Shown: positions 19,698 to 29,833 of the stretch, in pieces
Layout: each line of letters begins with the position of its first letter
Numbering within the stretch: the first letter of the stretch is position 1
NCBI GenBank assembly: GCA_030679985.1
Contig: JAUXSI010000028.1
Coordinates: 1 to 61,738 of the forward strand
Length of the DNA stretch: 61,738 nt
Direction: 5' to 3'
From: Candidatus Moraniibacteriota bacterium
GTDB lineage: Bacteria; Patescibacteriota; Minisyncoccia; Moranbacterales; UBA2206
Program-made: the position numbers and the translations under genes
The notes under the pieces: generated by a model
What the model saw: the letters and a program-made list of their open reading frames with translations, nothing else
What the model was told of the DNA's origin: nothing
Databases searched by the model: none

Positions 19698-20161
19698 TTT
19701 TCTTTTTCCACTACGACCATCCGGCGCAAAACCAAATCCTTTTCCTTGCGGATAATTTTAGTGTCGAAACTGAACCAAACGCGCTCAAAGGTTTCCAAAT
19801 CCATCTTGCGCACGCCGGCCAATTCCGGATCCTGCAGATAGATATATTTTTGATCCATTTCCACTACCACGGAAAAATGCCCGTCATCTTCCGAAAACCA
19901 TTCCACGATAACGGGGATGCCCTTAGTTAAAAATTTTTTGATGTCTTTCAGCCGGGCGGAATCTTTCAGGGACGCGGCAAAACCGAGTTTTTTGGCCGCT
20001 TTGACGATGGCGAAACCGGTGATGCCCTTGTCCGGATTGCATTTGGTAATTTCCCCTAACTCCTCCTCGCTTTTCTCCACGCCATAAAAATCCAGCACCA
20101 TCTTCAAGGAAGCCGGCCCGCAAAATCCGGGTTTTTGCCGATAAGGTTTCACGTCAAGCAT
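19694..20161 (-). CDS. C39-family cysteine peptidase
   Basis: QKPGFCGPASLKMVL, GHFSVV, QDP. Confidence 0.85.
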   Translation of the reverse strand: MLDVKPYRQKPGFCGPASLKMVLDFYGVEKSEEELGEITKCNPDKGITGFAIVKAAKKLGFAASLKDSARLKDIKKFLTKGIPVIVEWFSEDDGHFSVVVEMDQKYIYLQDPELAGVRKMDLETFERVWFSFDTKIIRKEKDLVLRRMVVVEKEN

Positions 20162-20257
20162 AGATTTTATGAATAAATGATTATAGGACAATTAAAGCTT
20201 AGCATGGGAATCGGCGACTAACAAACAGGGTCCGGATGGCCGGATTATCCTGCCGGC

Positions 20258-20482
20258 CTAAAAACCGAAGTATGCCGACAACCCGAAAACCGCATGGATG
20301 GTCGCGGCCAGGATAGCCGAAACGGCCAGGCGCGGATGCCACTTGAAAGGAATGAGATTGATGCCCTTGCGGTTAAGCGCACCGACCGCAGCCGTGGCCA
20401 GTAACAGCAGATACGTCAAAATCCCCCCGTACATTATCAACGGCTTCCCCAAAAACAAAGCGTAGGCGATATCTCGGACCAT
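20258..20482 (-). CDS. Small membrane protein
   Basis: 2 TM helices, KWH...H motif. Confidence 0.65.
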   Translation of the reverse strand: MVRDIAYALFLGKPLIMYGGILTYLLLLATAAVGALNRKGINLIPFKWHPRLAVSAILAATIHAVFGLSAYFGF

Positions 20483-20486
20483 ATGC

Positions 20487-20951
20487 TTATTCCACGATTA
20501 ATTTCCCCACCATCCCCATCTGCCTGTGGTTGGCAACGCTGCAATAATACTCGAACGTGCCGGACTTGTCCGCCCTGAAAACGATCGAATCGCTTTCGCC
20601 GGCCTTCAATAGCTTCGTACGCGCACCGAATCCCTCAACCGCCCAATCGTGCATCCCCTGTTCCACCGTCAGGTTTATCCGGACCAAATCACCTTGCTTG
20701 ACCCGGATTTCCTTAAGCGAGAATTCGAACGGTTTGGCGGAAAGGTTAAATATTTTTTCATCCGCTTCCCTGCTACCTGCCGGAGTTTGGGAAGAAATTT
20801 TCCGGTCGGCAACCTGATCGCCTGCCGGACGGTTTTTCGCCAAAAGATAGATTCCGACCAGCGCGATAACGATTATCACGACGACCGTCAGATTTTTCCC
20901 GTTGTTTTTTTCCGGCGGCGATTGGCCTTCCGGCATCATCTCCTCAACCAT
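20487..20951 (-). CDS. Membrane-anchored cupredoxin-domain protein
   Basis: H...YYCSVANHRQMGM type-1 copper ligands. Confidence 0.88.
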   Translation of the reverse strand: MVEEMMPEGQSPPEKNNGKNLTVVVIIVIALVGIYLLAKNRPAGDQVADRKISSQTPAGSREADEKIFNLSAKPFEFSLKEIRVKQGDLVRINLTVEQGMHDWAVEGFGARTKLLKAGESDSIVFRADKSGTFEYYCSVANHRQMGMVGKLIVE

Positions 20952-20989
20952 ATTATTTTGTGAATTAAAAAAATACTATTCTAATGGCA

Positions 20990-21607
20990 TCAGCGCGGAT
21001 TATCCAGCCTAGCCAGACGTTCATCAACTTTTTCCCAATTGACGATATTCCAGAAAGCTTCGATAAAACCGCCTCTTTCGTTTTTGTAGTCCAGATAATA
21101 AGCGTGTTCGAAAACATCCAGAACCAAAAGGATGTCCGCGTGAGGCATAAGCGAAGCGTTATGCTTTTCGACTTGCATCAGCATCAACTGGCAAGTTTCC
21201 GGCGCGCAGACCAGCGCCGCCCAGCCCGAGCCCTCCACGCTTGCGGCAGCCAAAGAAAACTCGCTCTTGAATCTGGCAAAGCTCCCGAATTCCCGGATTA
21301 TCCTGTCCAAAATCCTGCCGCCCACCTTGCCGCCACCCTTGTTGTCCGGAGCCAAGTTCTCCCAAAAAAGAGAGTGCAGGATGTGCCCGCCGACATTGAA
21401 AGACAGGGCTTTCAATTCCGCCTTCATATCCAGCTCCGCCCCCTCCAGACGCGCCTTTTCAAATTTGTCCAAAATCGAATTAGCGCCTTTGACATAGGCG
21501 TCATGATGTTTTTCATAATGGAGTTTCAATTGGTTCTCCGAAATGAACGGCTCCAAATCCCGATAACCGTAGGGCAAAGGTGGCAGAACATATGATTTTT
21601 TTTCCAT
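20990..21607 (-). CDS. sod: Fe/Mn superoxide dismutase
   Basis: HYEKHH, GGHILHSLFW, GSGW, DVFEHAYY. Confidence 0.95.
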   Translation of the reverse strand: MEKKSYVLPPLPYGYRDLEPFISENQLKLHYEKHHDAYVKGANSILDKFEKARLEGAELDMKAELKALSFNVGGHILHSLFWENLAPDNKGGGKVGGRILDRIIREFGSFARFKSEFSLAAASVEGSGWAALVCAPETCQLMLMQVEKHNASLMPHADILLVLDVFEHAYYLDYKNERGGFIEAFWNIVNWEKVDERLARLDNPR

Positions 21608-21781
21608 ATGGTTGAAGAAAAAAATATTAGCCGGGAAATCCCATCCGCAAAAAAACAGCCTACTGTCGATCGTTATTAATACAACAAGATTGGGCCGCCT
21701 CTTTCGTTTCGAAACTCCGAAAGAAATATTCCCCCGCCGGATTGTATTATCTATGCCCAATAATCGGATAATTCAAAATTT

Positions 21782-22306
21782 ATGCAAATACCAAAAAAAT
21801 TGCCCCAATTTGAAAAACTGCCCGCCCTCTTTATCGCCAGTGGCGGGTACGAAGCCGACTTTTACCTGGCCCATAACGGTACATTGGAACTCCATAGCAA
21901 AATCAAATTGTCTCCCCGCGAAGAAGCCCGCGAAAAGCAAGGGTTCATCGGCCGCAAGGGCGGGGTGAAAAATCTCTCATCCGTTTCCCATCACGGCGCA
22001 TATATCGAAGACCTCAAGAAAAAATTCCAGAAAAAAGTCCATGCGGCCATCCACGACCTGCTCGCCGAATACAAACTGGAGGAAATTTATCTTTTTTCGC
22101 CGCGCTATTCGGCCCAGCGGATCATAGACGGACTGGATAAAGCCGAACAGAAAAAGGTGCGGATGACATTTTTCTGCGAATACACTAAAAACAATCCGCT
22201 GGAGATGTTGACGGCTTTCTGGGAAACGGAACAGGAAGCGGTGAAACCTAGGCTGCCGCTGAAAAAAGAGCAGGAGAAAATCCTGCAAAGACCGACCATC
22301 AGATAG
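21782..22306 (+). CDS. Hypothetical protein, possibly host-attachment/baeRF-like
   Basis: 174 aa; weak pattern only. Confidence 0.5.
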   Translation: MQIPKKLPQFEKLPALFIASGGYEADFYLAHNGTLELHSKIKLSPREEAREKQGFIGRKGGVKNLSSVSHHGAYIEDLKKKFQKKVHAAIHDLLAEYKLEEIYLFSPRYSAQRIIDGLDKAEQKKVRMTFFCEYTKNNPLEMLTAFWETEQEAVKPRLPLKKEQEKILQRPTIR

Positions 22307-22424
22307 CGCGCCTCCTTCATTCCGCGATGGAAGCGTCGGAAAGCCGATTGCCAGTCCGCAAAAAATCCTATAAACTACCGGTATATCCGGACTGCGTCTA
22401 AGCCGCTTAACCAAGGAACATACT

Positions 22425-22877
22425 ATGGACAACAAACCCATCCTCCTGCTATTGGAAGAGAACGAACTCAACATATCCGCGCTCTATTCCCTATACGCGC
22501 GGAAGATTCCGCACAAGAGCGCTTTTTGGGAACAGCTTTCCAACGAAGAAATATCCCACGCATCTTCCCTGGGCAACGACAGCGCCCGGGTCGATCCGGC
22601 GCGTTCCATCGTCGAAAATAAATTCTCCCGAGGCGTCATCCAATACGTGATGGATTTCGTACTCGAAGAAATCCGGCGCGCGGAAAAAGAAAACGTCACG
22701 CATTTTGACGCCTTGCAAACCGCCCTGCGCATCGAACGCTCCATCCTGGAAAAGAAATGTTTCGATATGTTCATGCCCGCGGATACGACCATCCAGGAAC
22801 TGTTCCAAAAGATGAACGATGAAACGGAACAGCATATCCGGACCCTCACCGAGGAAATAGAAAGCCAGGGCACCTGA
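22425..22877 (+). CDS. Ferritin-like (rubrerythrin-type) protein
   Basis: E...LY, FWEQLSNEEISHA, ALRIE, ETEQH. Confidence 0.75.
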   Translation: MDNKPILLLLEENELNISALYSLYARKIPHKSAFWEQLSNEEISHASSLGNDSARVDPARSIVENKFSRGVIQYVMDFVLEEIRRAEKENVTHFDALQTALRIERSILEKKCFDMFMPADTTIQELFQKMNDETEQHIRTLTEEIESQGT

Positions 22878-22960
22878 CCAACCGCAAAAAATTCCACACT
22901 TAAAAAATACATCCGCCGGATGTATTTTTATTCCGCGCGATTTACCAGCGGACATATCGC

Positions 22961-23758
22961 CTATTTCCCGACGACTATCATCGCCTTTTTAAAATTTCCC
23001 GAGGGGACCGGCGGAATATTCTGGCCGCTCGGATATTGCCAGACGGAACGCAATAAGACATCTTCGTCATAGCGATACCCGCTTCCACGCTTCGTCCCGG
23101 GATCATTGGTGATGAATTCCCGAGCGGCCGGATCATAACCCGTGATGACCAACATATGCGCGACCGGACCCGGAGGCGTGTAGTAAGGATTGGCGAGCAC
23201 TTGGCCAAAAGCCGGAACGATGACGAGCTTGCCGCCTTGCAATTCCTTTTTGATATCGGCAACGCCGATATCCTCCCTGACTGAAACATTGCTATGGCGC
23301 AAATATTGCTCAAAAATGCGTTTGACATCGAAAACGTCAGTGTCAAAACCGTATCCGAAAGTCCTCATTTCAAAATCATACATTTCCGAAATCCGCCTTT
23401 GCGCGTCAGAAGGAGATATCGATTCCACCCCGTCGACCCAGCCCATCGCCATAATGATCGAAGATTCCTCGCAAGCGTTCTGGAAGACGGGATCATCCCA
23501 ATTTCCGGTCGGAGCTTGGATTACGAAAGGGACATCGAATTCTACCGGCTTATCCGTGGCGGTTTCCGAAAATATTTTTCCGCCTGGATCCATCGGAACC
23601 GTTTGCAAATCATTGCCGGCCTTCGGAACGTTTCCTGTTTGGAAATCAGACGGCGCACCGGTCCATCTTGTCCGACTATCGTCCAGCATCGCCAAAAAAT
23701 AACCTCCGCCCAGGCCGGCTAAAATAAAAACTATTATAAACAAATATCTTTTTTTCAT
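22961..23758 (-). CDS. Membrane-anchored C39-like peptidase
   Basis: VPFVIQAP, ACEE, HMLVITGYD, NDPG. Confidence 0.8.
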   Translation of the reverse strand: MKKRYLFIIVFILAGLGGGYFLAMLDDSRTRWTGAPSDFQTGNVPKAGNDLQTVPMDPGGKIFSETATDKPVEFDVPFVIQAPTGNWDDPVFQNACEESSIIMAMGWVDGVESISPSDAQRRISEMYDFEMRTFGYGFDTDVFDVKRIFEQYLRHSNVSVREDIGVADIKKELQGGKLVIVPAFGQVLANPYYTPPGPVAHMLVITGYDPAAREFITNDPGTKRGSGYRYDEDVLLRSVWQYPSGQNIPPVPSGNFKKAMIVVGK

Positions 23759-23888
23759 AAACCTCACCTATCGTAAAATTATACTACATTTCCTCCCAGC
23801 CTTACCGATCGGCCATAGTAATCTGGATTTAGTACAAACCCCGGGATGTTTTTCTGTCACACACCTGAAAACCGCCGACCGCTCCCGA

Positions 23889-24779
23889 TCAAGCGAATAA
23901 GGCGGTGCTCGCGTATTTTTCCCCTCGATCCGGAGCGACAATGACGACGTTGCCGACTTCTAATGTCTTGGCCAATTCCAAAGCCGCGTGCAAAGCGGCG
24001 CCGGAACTCATACCCAAAAATATCCCTTCTTCCCTGGCTATCCTCCGGACGGCGCTATGCGCATCTTCGTCGCCGACATTGATTTTTTCATCGAACATTT
24101 CCGGATCATAGATTTCCGGCACGATCGCCTCTTGCATATTTTTCAAGCCCTGCAGCTTATGCCCGAGCGCCGGTTCAACGGCAATGATTTTGATAGCCTT
24201 ATTTTTTTCTTTCAATTTACGGCTGATGCCCATCAGAGTGCCGGATGTTCCCAGTCCGGCGACAAAGTGGGTGATGTCCGGTACATCGGCCAGGATTTCT
24301 TCGGCCGTCACCTGATAATGGATTTCCGGATTATCCGGATTGGCAAATTGGTTCGGCATCCAATATTTGCCCGGACTTCCGGCCACCATCCGATGAGCCT
24401 CCATTATCGCCCCGTCCGTCCCCTGCTCTTTGGGCGTCAGGACTATTTCCGCCCCATAGGCCTTCAAGATCCTTCTCCGTTCTTCGCTCATACCCGCTGA
24501 CATCGTCAGAACCGCCCGGTAGCCTTTGAGTGCCGCGACCATCGCCAAACCGATTCCGGTATTGCCGGAGGTCGGTTCAAGGATGATTTTGTCCCTGGTC
24601 AGTTCGCCGCTTTTTTCCGCCGACTCGATCATCGCCAAGGCGATCCTGTCCTTGATAGAACCGCTGGGATTCTGACCCTCCAACTTTATGTATAAATTAA
24701 CCTTTGTATTCGGATTGATCTTACTGACCTTGATGACCGGCGTGTTTCCGATCAGGCTCAGGATATTTTGATGCAACAT
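23889..24779 (-). CDS. cysM: Cysteine synthase (CysK/CysM family, PLP)
   Basis: IGNTP, NPSGSIKDR, TSGNTG, GTSGT, SSGA. Confidence 0.92.
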   Translation of the reverse strand: MLHQNILSLIGNTPVIKVSKINPNTKVNLYIKLEGQNPSGSIKDRIALAMIESAEKSGELTRDKIILEPTSGNTGIGLAMVAALKGYRAVLTMSAGMSEERRRILKAYGAEIVLTPKEQGTDGAIMEAHRMVAGSPGKYWMPNQFANPDNPEIHYQVTAEEILADVPDITHFVAGLGTSGTLMGISRKLKEKNKAIKIIAVEPALGHKLQGLKNMQEAIVPEIYDPEMFDEKINVGDEDAHSAVRRIAREEGIFLGMSSGAALHAALELAKTLEVGNVVIVAPDRGEKYASTALFA

Positions 24780-24800
24780 ATTTTAACTTTCATTGGAATT

Positions 24801-24879
24801 AAAAAACCCTCGGGTGAGAGTATTTCATAGGCTGGAATTTTTGCAGTAAGATAAAATACTCTCTTGGAAATCAAGGTCT
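24801..24879 (-). terminator. Attenuator-like long hairpin plus U-tract in cysteine synthase leader
   Basis: GAGAGTATTT/AAATACTCTC inner stem, AGACCTTG/CGAGGGTT outer stem, then T-run. Confidence 0.6.
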
Positions 24880-24921
24880 GCGACAGCAAATTTTTGTTTC
24901 CGAAAAAATCATCTTATCCAT
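24871..24921 (-). CDS. Leader peptide MDKMIFSETKICCRRP (Cys-Cys)
   Basis: 16-codon uORF starting 6 nt after TATCAT -10 (TTGACT at 24950-24955), upstream of cysteine synthase. Confidence 0.7.
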   Translation of the reverse strand: MDKMIFSETKICCRRP

Positions 24922-25010
24922 AACCTGATGATACTCCATAACGCGAAAAAGTCAAAAATAAAAGGAGTACCTGCCGCAAGTGTGCGGCAAGTACTCCCGG
25001 TTTTCACCAC

Positions 25011-25286
25011 TCAGACAGACGCGATGAATACAACCCTGACAAGCTCTATCCTCCATCCGAATTTCCTGAGCTTTTCGATAACCTCCTTCAATTCCTTCCC
25101 GCCATCGTGGTATACCCTGAGAAACGGGGTACTGATAAGTTTCTGACGATTACTTTCGTCCTCATACAAAGTAACCGCCAACTTATCGAGTTCCCAGCCC
25201 GAGAAGAGCTCCAAAATCTCGTCTCGGATTTGGATCCCGATAACTCCTCTTGAGTATCCGTGCACCTCAATGTTGAAACTTAACAT
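25011..25286 (-). CDS. Hypothetical protein
   Basis: GGAGG SD; directly after purC. Confidence 0.6.
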   Translation of the reverse strand: MLSFNIEVHGYSRGVIGIQIRDEILELFSGWELDKLAVTLYEDESNRQKLISTPFLRVYHDGGKELKEVIEKLRKFGWRIELVRVVFIASV

Positions 25287-25294
25287 AGGCCCTC

Positions 25295-26188
25295 CTATAC
25301 ATTGCGGCCCGTCAGATACAGGAAAGCTTCCTGATAACGGGCCTCGGTTTTGTCGATGATTTCCGGAGGCAGGGGCGGAGCCGGCGGAGCCTGGTTCCAG
25401 TCCAAGGAAGAAAGATAGTCCCGCAAGAACTGCTTATCGAAACTAGGTTGGCCTTTGCCGACCTCATATTCATATGCTGGCCAGAAACGCGATGAGTCCG
25501 GTGTGAGCACTTCGTCGATAAGTATCAGCTCGCCCTCATACCAGCCCAGCTCGAATTTCGTATCGGCGATAATGATGCCACATTTGCGGGCATAGTCGGC
25601 CGCTTTGCAATAGAGCGCCTTGCAGATGGCGGCGATTTTTTCCGTCTCCTGCTGTCCGACCAGTTCCGCCATCTCGGCCAGCGAAATATTCTCATCATGA
25701 GTCCCCAGCTCCGCCTTGGTGGAGGGGGTGAAGAGCACTTCGGGCATTCTTTCCGATTCTTTCATACCGGACGGCAATTCAAAACCGCACACCGTGGTGT
25801 TTTTCCGGTACGCTTTCCAGAAGGAGCCGGACAGATAGCCGCGCACGATGCATTCCACCGGCAGAGGATTGGCTTTTTTCACCAGCATGCTGCGACCCTG
25901 CAGCTGCTCCCGGTAAGGGGCGCAGACCGCCGGATAATGAGCCGGATCAGCGGTCAGGAGGTGGTTCGGCACGATATCCTTCAGATAGTCGAACCAAAAA
26001 ATAGACAACCCGGTCAGCACCGCTCCTTTGTTGGGGATGGGATCACCCATGACCACATCGAAGGCGGAGATGCGGTCGGTCGCCACCATAAGCAACTTAT
26101 CTTCCACCTCATAGAGATCGCGCACCTTGCCGCGATGGAGCAGATGCAAATCTCCGAAATTCGTCTGAGCAACTGTTTTTTTAGCCAT
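25295..26188 (-). CDS. purC: SAICAR synthetase
   Basis: GKVRDLY, TDRISAFD, ECIVRGY, ADTKFE, DEVLTPDSSRFW. Confidence 0.96.
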   Translation of the reverse strand: MAKKTVAQTNFGDLHLLHRGKVRDLYEVEDKLLMVATDRISAFDVVMGDPIPNKGAVLTGLSIFWFDYLKDIVPNHLLTADPAHYPAVCAPYREQLQGRSMLVKKANPLPVECIVRGYLSGSFWKAYRKNTTVCGFELPSGMKESERMPEVLFTPSTKAELGTHDENISLAEMAELVGQQETEKIAAICKALYCKAADYARKCGIIIADTKFELGWYEGELILIDEVLTPDSSRFWPAYEYEVGKGQPSFDKQFLRDYLSSLDWNQAPPAPPLPPEIIDKTEARYQEAFLYLTGRNV

Positions 26189-26375
26189 ACTTTCTCCTTT
26201 TCTGATATGGTTAATAAAAAACAGGCCTCCGATTTTTCGAAGCCTGTCGATTGGAAAGAACCGGTTTATATTATTGCCTATGATGGCTTGTTTTTAGGCT
26301 GATGTCAAATACTTATCACTATTTCAAGACAAAAAGAAAGGGTGGCCGGTCAATGACCTTCCACCCTTTCCGCGC

Positions 26376-27107
26376 TTATGCTTTTCGAAGCAAAGCGCGC
26401 AAACTTTCGGATTCTTGCGCCGAAATATCCCCGATTTTTTTGGGAAATATTCCCAAATCCCTTTCGATCCTTTCCAGGATCCTTTTTACCTCTTTTTTTA
26501 CATCTTCTTTTTCCGAGGTCAGACAAATAATCTGAAAAATCATGCCCACTTCGATAACCGACAACAACTCTGGCCGATCAAATCTTTGTATGATCTCATC
26601 CAGGTCATCTGCCATCACCAAAAAAAATGAATCTTTTTTTGCAAAAACCTTCTCGACATTTTTTATCTTAAAGGATTCAGCATCGTCCATTAACCGGATG
26701 CCGTTTTTAATGAGGCCCTGGGAGTCCGCATAAGCGTCGACCGCTTTGATAATCAGTTGAATTTCCGAAACACTCAACTCCGTGTCCCAAATCACCCGCA
26801 TACCATTTCGTAATTCAAATATTTGTATCCGAGCTATGATTCCGATTCCATTTTTCCTGCCGACCGTAAAGCCGAGGCCTCCATTCCGGATATTACGGAA
26901 ATCATATAATTCCAGTATAAGCGGTTCGGCCTTAAACCAAATCCCATTATTACCCTCTTGTCCAAATTTGACTCCAATATCCCAGAGTTGCCACAAGACA
27001 TCCCCAGCCTCCAGCAGGCCTTTCGGCAGACCCATAAAGGCGCCCCGCTCGATAATTGAAAACCCGTCCTTATCTTCCCCGAATCTTGCAAACTTTTCTT
27101 TAAACAT
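26376..27107 (-). CDS. Hypothetical protein
   Basis: 243 aa, GGGAGG SD. Confidence 0.65.
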   Translation of the reverse strand: MFKEKFARFGEDKDGFSIIERGAFMGLPKGLLEAGDVLWQLWDIGVKFGQEGNNGIWFKAEPLILELYDFRNIRNGGLGFTVGRKNGIGIIARIQIFELRNGMRVIWDTELSVSEIQLIIKAVDAYADSQGLIKNGIRLMDDAESFKIKNVEKVFAKKDSFFLVMADDLDEIIQRFDRPELLSVIEVGMIFQIICLTSEKEDVKKEVKRILERIERDLGIFPKKIGDISAQESESLRALLRKA

Positions 27108-27250
27108 GGATTCCCTCCCGTTTTTTTTGTTAAGTTACCCCGTTAAGTGGCAATTTTAGCATAATCCGGAACGGCTTGTCCAACATTGACTTTGCCGGCC
27201 CAAGAACTATACTTTGAGACAGACATTTAATATTATTTTAATCCACGCGT

Positions 27251-28360
27251 ATGAAAGAAATCAATAAATACATCGACGCCCGCGAGGCGGACATCTACCA
27301 TATGCCGATCCAGGAAAGGATCAATTGGCTTTTGGACTTAAGCAAGAAACATTCCGACGCCTATTGCTCTTCCGAAGCCTATCTTTCCCGCAAAAGATAT
27401 TCCGCCAAGCATCCGACGATGATTATCGCTTTGAAGTGTATGGACGGCCGGATCCATCTGCCGTACGCGACCAAGACCCCGCTGGGCATCATCAAGCCTT
27501 TCCGCAATATCGGCGGGATGTTCGACTTGGGCTGGCCGTATCTGGGCGAAGTGCTATATAACACGGTCAACGCCGCCATCGAAGATTCCCGCCGGGTGCT
27601 GATGATCATCACCTATCACTATTCCAAAGGCGACGGACATCGCGGCTGCGCCGGTTTCAAATATGATTGCGATGCCGCCATCAAGCATGTCTTTGAAGTC
27701 AAAAAGCAAGCGGAATATATCTTCGGCCAAAACCACCAAGCCGTCTATCCGCTGATCTGCGGAATTGAAACGGACGAAGACGCAATGATCCTCCACGACG
27801 GGGAAAACAAGGAAATTTTCAATCTGGCCGAAAGCACGGACTCTTCCAAAGAATTCCTGACCAACAAATTACGCGCGATGTATCCGGATATGCCCGACCA
27901 AGTGTTGCGCGATTTATTGCCATTGGTCACCGGCAACATCGAACATATCGCCGACATCCGCAACGCCCACCGCAATCTGGAACTGGATTCGGTGCATCGC
28001 GAATGGATCATCTGCATCGGACGCGGTTTCGATTTCTTGCACGTGCCCAACATCGCGCTCATCATCGGCCCCTACAGCCCCGACATCAGCGGACCGATCA
28101 AGACCGCGGCCGGCATCATAAAATCGAATATGGAACGCGGGATGATTCCCAAAGATGGTTTTTTGCTCCTGACCTCGGCCCCCTATTCAGAAATCGGCGT
28201 GGACAAAGCCAGGGCTGAATTGAAATCGCAATTTTTGAGCCAATACGCTTCGGAGGCCATTGAAAAGGAACATCCCGATATGTTCAAATTGATGATTAAA
28301 AAAACAGCCGTCCTGAATTGGCATACGCGCAATCTGGAGCTGATCGACTCCGCGGATTAG
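27251..28360 (+). CDS. Beta-class carbonic anhydrase, CsoSCA-like
   Basis: KCMDGR and HYSKGDGHRGCAG Cys/His/Cys zinc motifs. Confidence 0.7.
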   Translation: MKEINKYIDAREADIYHMPIQERINWLLDLSKKHSDAYCSSEAYLSRKRYSAKHPTMIIALKCMDGRIHLPYATKTPLGIIKPFRNIGGMFDLGWPYLGEVLYNTVNAAIEDSRRVLMIITYHYSKGDGHRGCAGFKYDCDAAIKHVFEVKKQAEYIFGQNHQAVYPLICGIETDEDAMILHDGENKEIFNLAESTDSSKEFLTNKLRAMYPDMPDQVLRDLLPLVTGNIEHIADIRNAHRNLELDSVHREWIICIGRGFDFLHVPNIALIIGPYSPDISGPIKTAAGIIKSNMERGMIPKDGFLLLTSAPYSEIGVDKARAELKSQFLSQYASEAIEKEHPDMFKLMIKKTAVLNWHTRNLELIDSAD

Positions 28361-28484
28361 CAAAAACGGGCTTCGGCAAAAAAATAAAAGGGATGGTTTT
28401 CGGCCAGCCCTTTTTGTTTTGGAATAAAATAACCCGCCCTGTGAAAAAAAACAGGGCGGGTTGCGGGCGGGCGGGTTCATTCGG

Positions 28485-29678
28485 TCAAAGCGACGCGCTG
28501 ATATCATGGAAGCCTTTGCCGTACATGATGTTTTTAATCCGCATATTATCCGCTCTGGTCACGATGACCGTAGACCGGAAATTGCTCGGCCGGTCCAAGT
28601 CGCGCAGACGGCTGAGATTTAAAAACGAAACTCTGGTGCTGTTGCTCTTGTGCCGGAAAATCGAATAGGGCGGCAATGGGGACATCAAGATGCTCTCCTT
28701 AGCCAATGTCTGCGCCAAACTCACTTCATAGATATTGAAGATGTTTTCACCTTGGATATCTTTGGCGAATTTGACATACGCCAGCCAATGGATCCATTCG
28801 CCGATTTTTTCCCCATTAGCCATAATGAACCCGACCGGCGAGTCAGAGGGCTGGAAATCGGAAAGAAACAGGATCCTGGAAGGACCGCCAGGGCAATCAT
28901 GATGCAGATGCGATCGATAGTCCGGCAAAATACCGCTATTGGTCAGATTTTCCTCATAGCCGGTTTTACCGACGAAAGAAACGAATCTGAGAAAATCTTC
29001 CCGGTTCTCGCATTTGTTTTTACTGGAACAAAAGTTTATTTTCTTTCCTTTCCGCTCGACCGCCTTCAAGTTGATCGTGGAATGGATTTTACCCATCTGG
29101 TCCACATCCCCACGGATATGGAACGCATAGGCGCCACCGGGACAGGCGACAAAAATCGTCCGGGTCATAATATTCATCACCACGGAAACGACTATATTGC
29201 CCCGGTTTACGCAGGTGAGCGCGATGGTCGCGCCCGAAATCATAATTGGCGAGACGCTGTCGATCTCCTTCTCCCAATAGCTGTTCGCCTCCGGGCAAGC
29301 GATGACATCGCCGACCAGATCGATTTCGCTTTTCCCGCAAGTGTCCGGGAAATCCCTCAGGAACCGCCCGAATTTGGCCGACCGATCCAAGGGATCGGAA
29401 AAGAACATCAGTGGCTGTTTGTCGGGATCGGAATCCTCGGGCCAGTGCTTCCTGGTAATGTGGTCCGTTTCCTCCGTCACCAGCACCGGATTGACAAAAA
29501 AACCGTCGACCGCTTCACGGATGCTGTTTTCAGGCACGGCGTCCATTCCTAATGTGTCTCTTTTGCCGATTTTTTGCTGGTTCAGGACCTCCGCCACGGG
29601 AGTCTGCGTCAAATCCAATGCGGCGCCCAAAACGGTCCGGATCGCGAAATCGCAATAAACCCTTTCGATTCCTTTCAT
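28485..29678 (-). CDS. Divergent inositol monophosphatase/FBPase superfamily-like protein
   Basis: D..PE, VTEE, SDPLDRS motifs; AGGAGG SD. Confidence 0.5.
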   Translation of the reverse strand: MKGIERVYCDFAIRTVLGAALDLTQTPVAEVLNQQKIGKRDTLGMDAVPENSIREAVDGFFVNPVLVTEETDHITRKHWPEDSDPDKQPLMFFSDPLDRSAKFGRFLRDFPDTCGKSEIDLVGDVIACPEANSYWEKEIDSVSPIMISGATIALTCVNRGNIVVSVVMNIMTRTIFVACPGGAYAFHIRGDVDQMGKIHSTINLKAVERKGKKINFCSSKNKCENREDFLRFVSFVGKTGYEENLTNSGILPDYRSHLHHDCPGGPSRILFLSDFQPSDSPVGFIMANGEKIGEWIHWLAYVKFAKDIQGENIFNIYEVSLAQTLAKESILMSPLPPYSIFRHKSNSTRVSFLNLSRLRDLDRPSNFRSTVIVTRADNMRIKNIMYGKGFHDISASL

Positions 29679-29833
29679 TCTGCACCTCCTTATCTTAAGT
29701 TGTATTTTGATTTTTTTAGTTGCTTACAAGCTATCCCAACCGGCTTGCTTTGTCAACAGAAATCCGACTGGCGGAAAAAATAAAAAAACCGGCGCTGAGA
29801 ACGCGTCGGCTTTCCGATTTCGCTATCTCCGAT

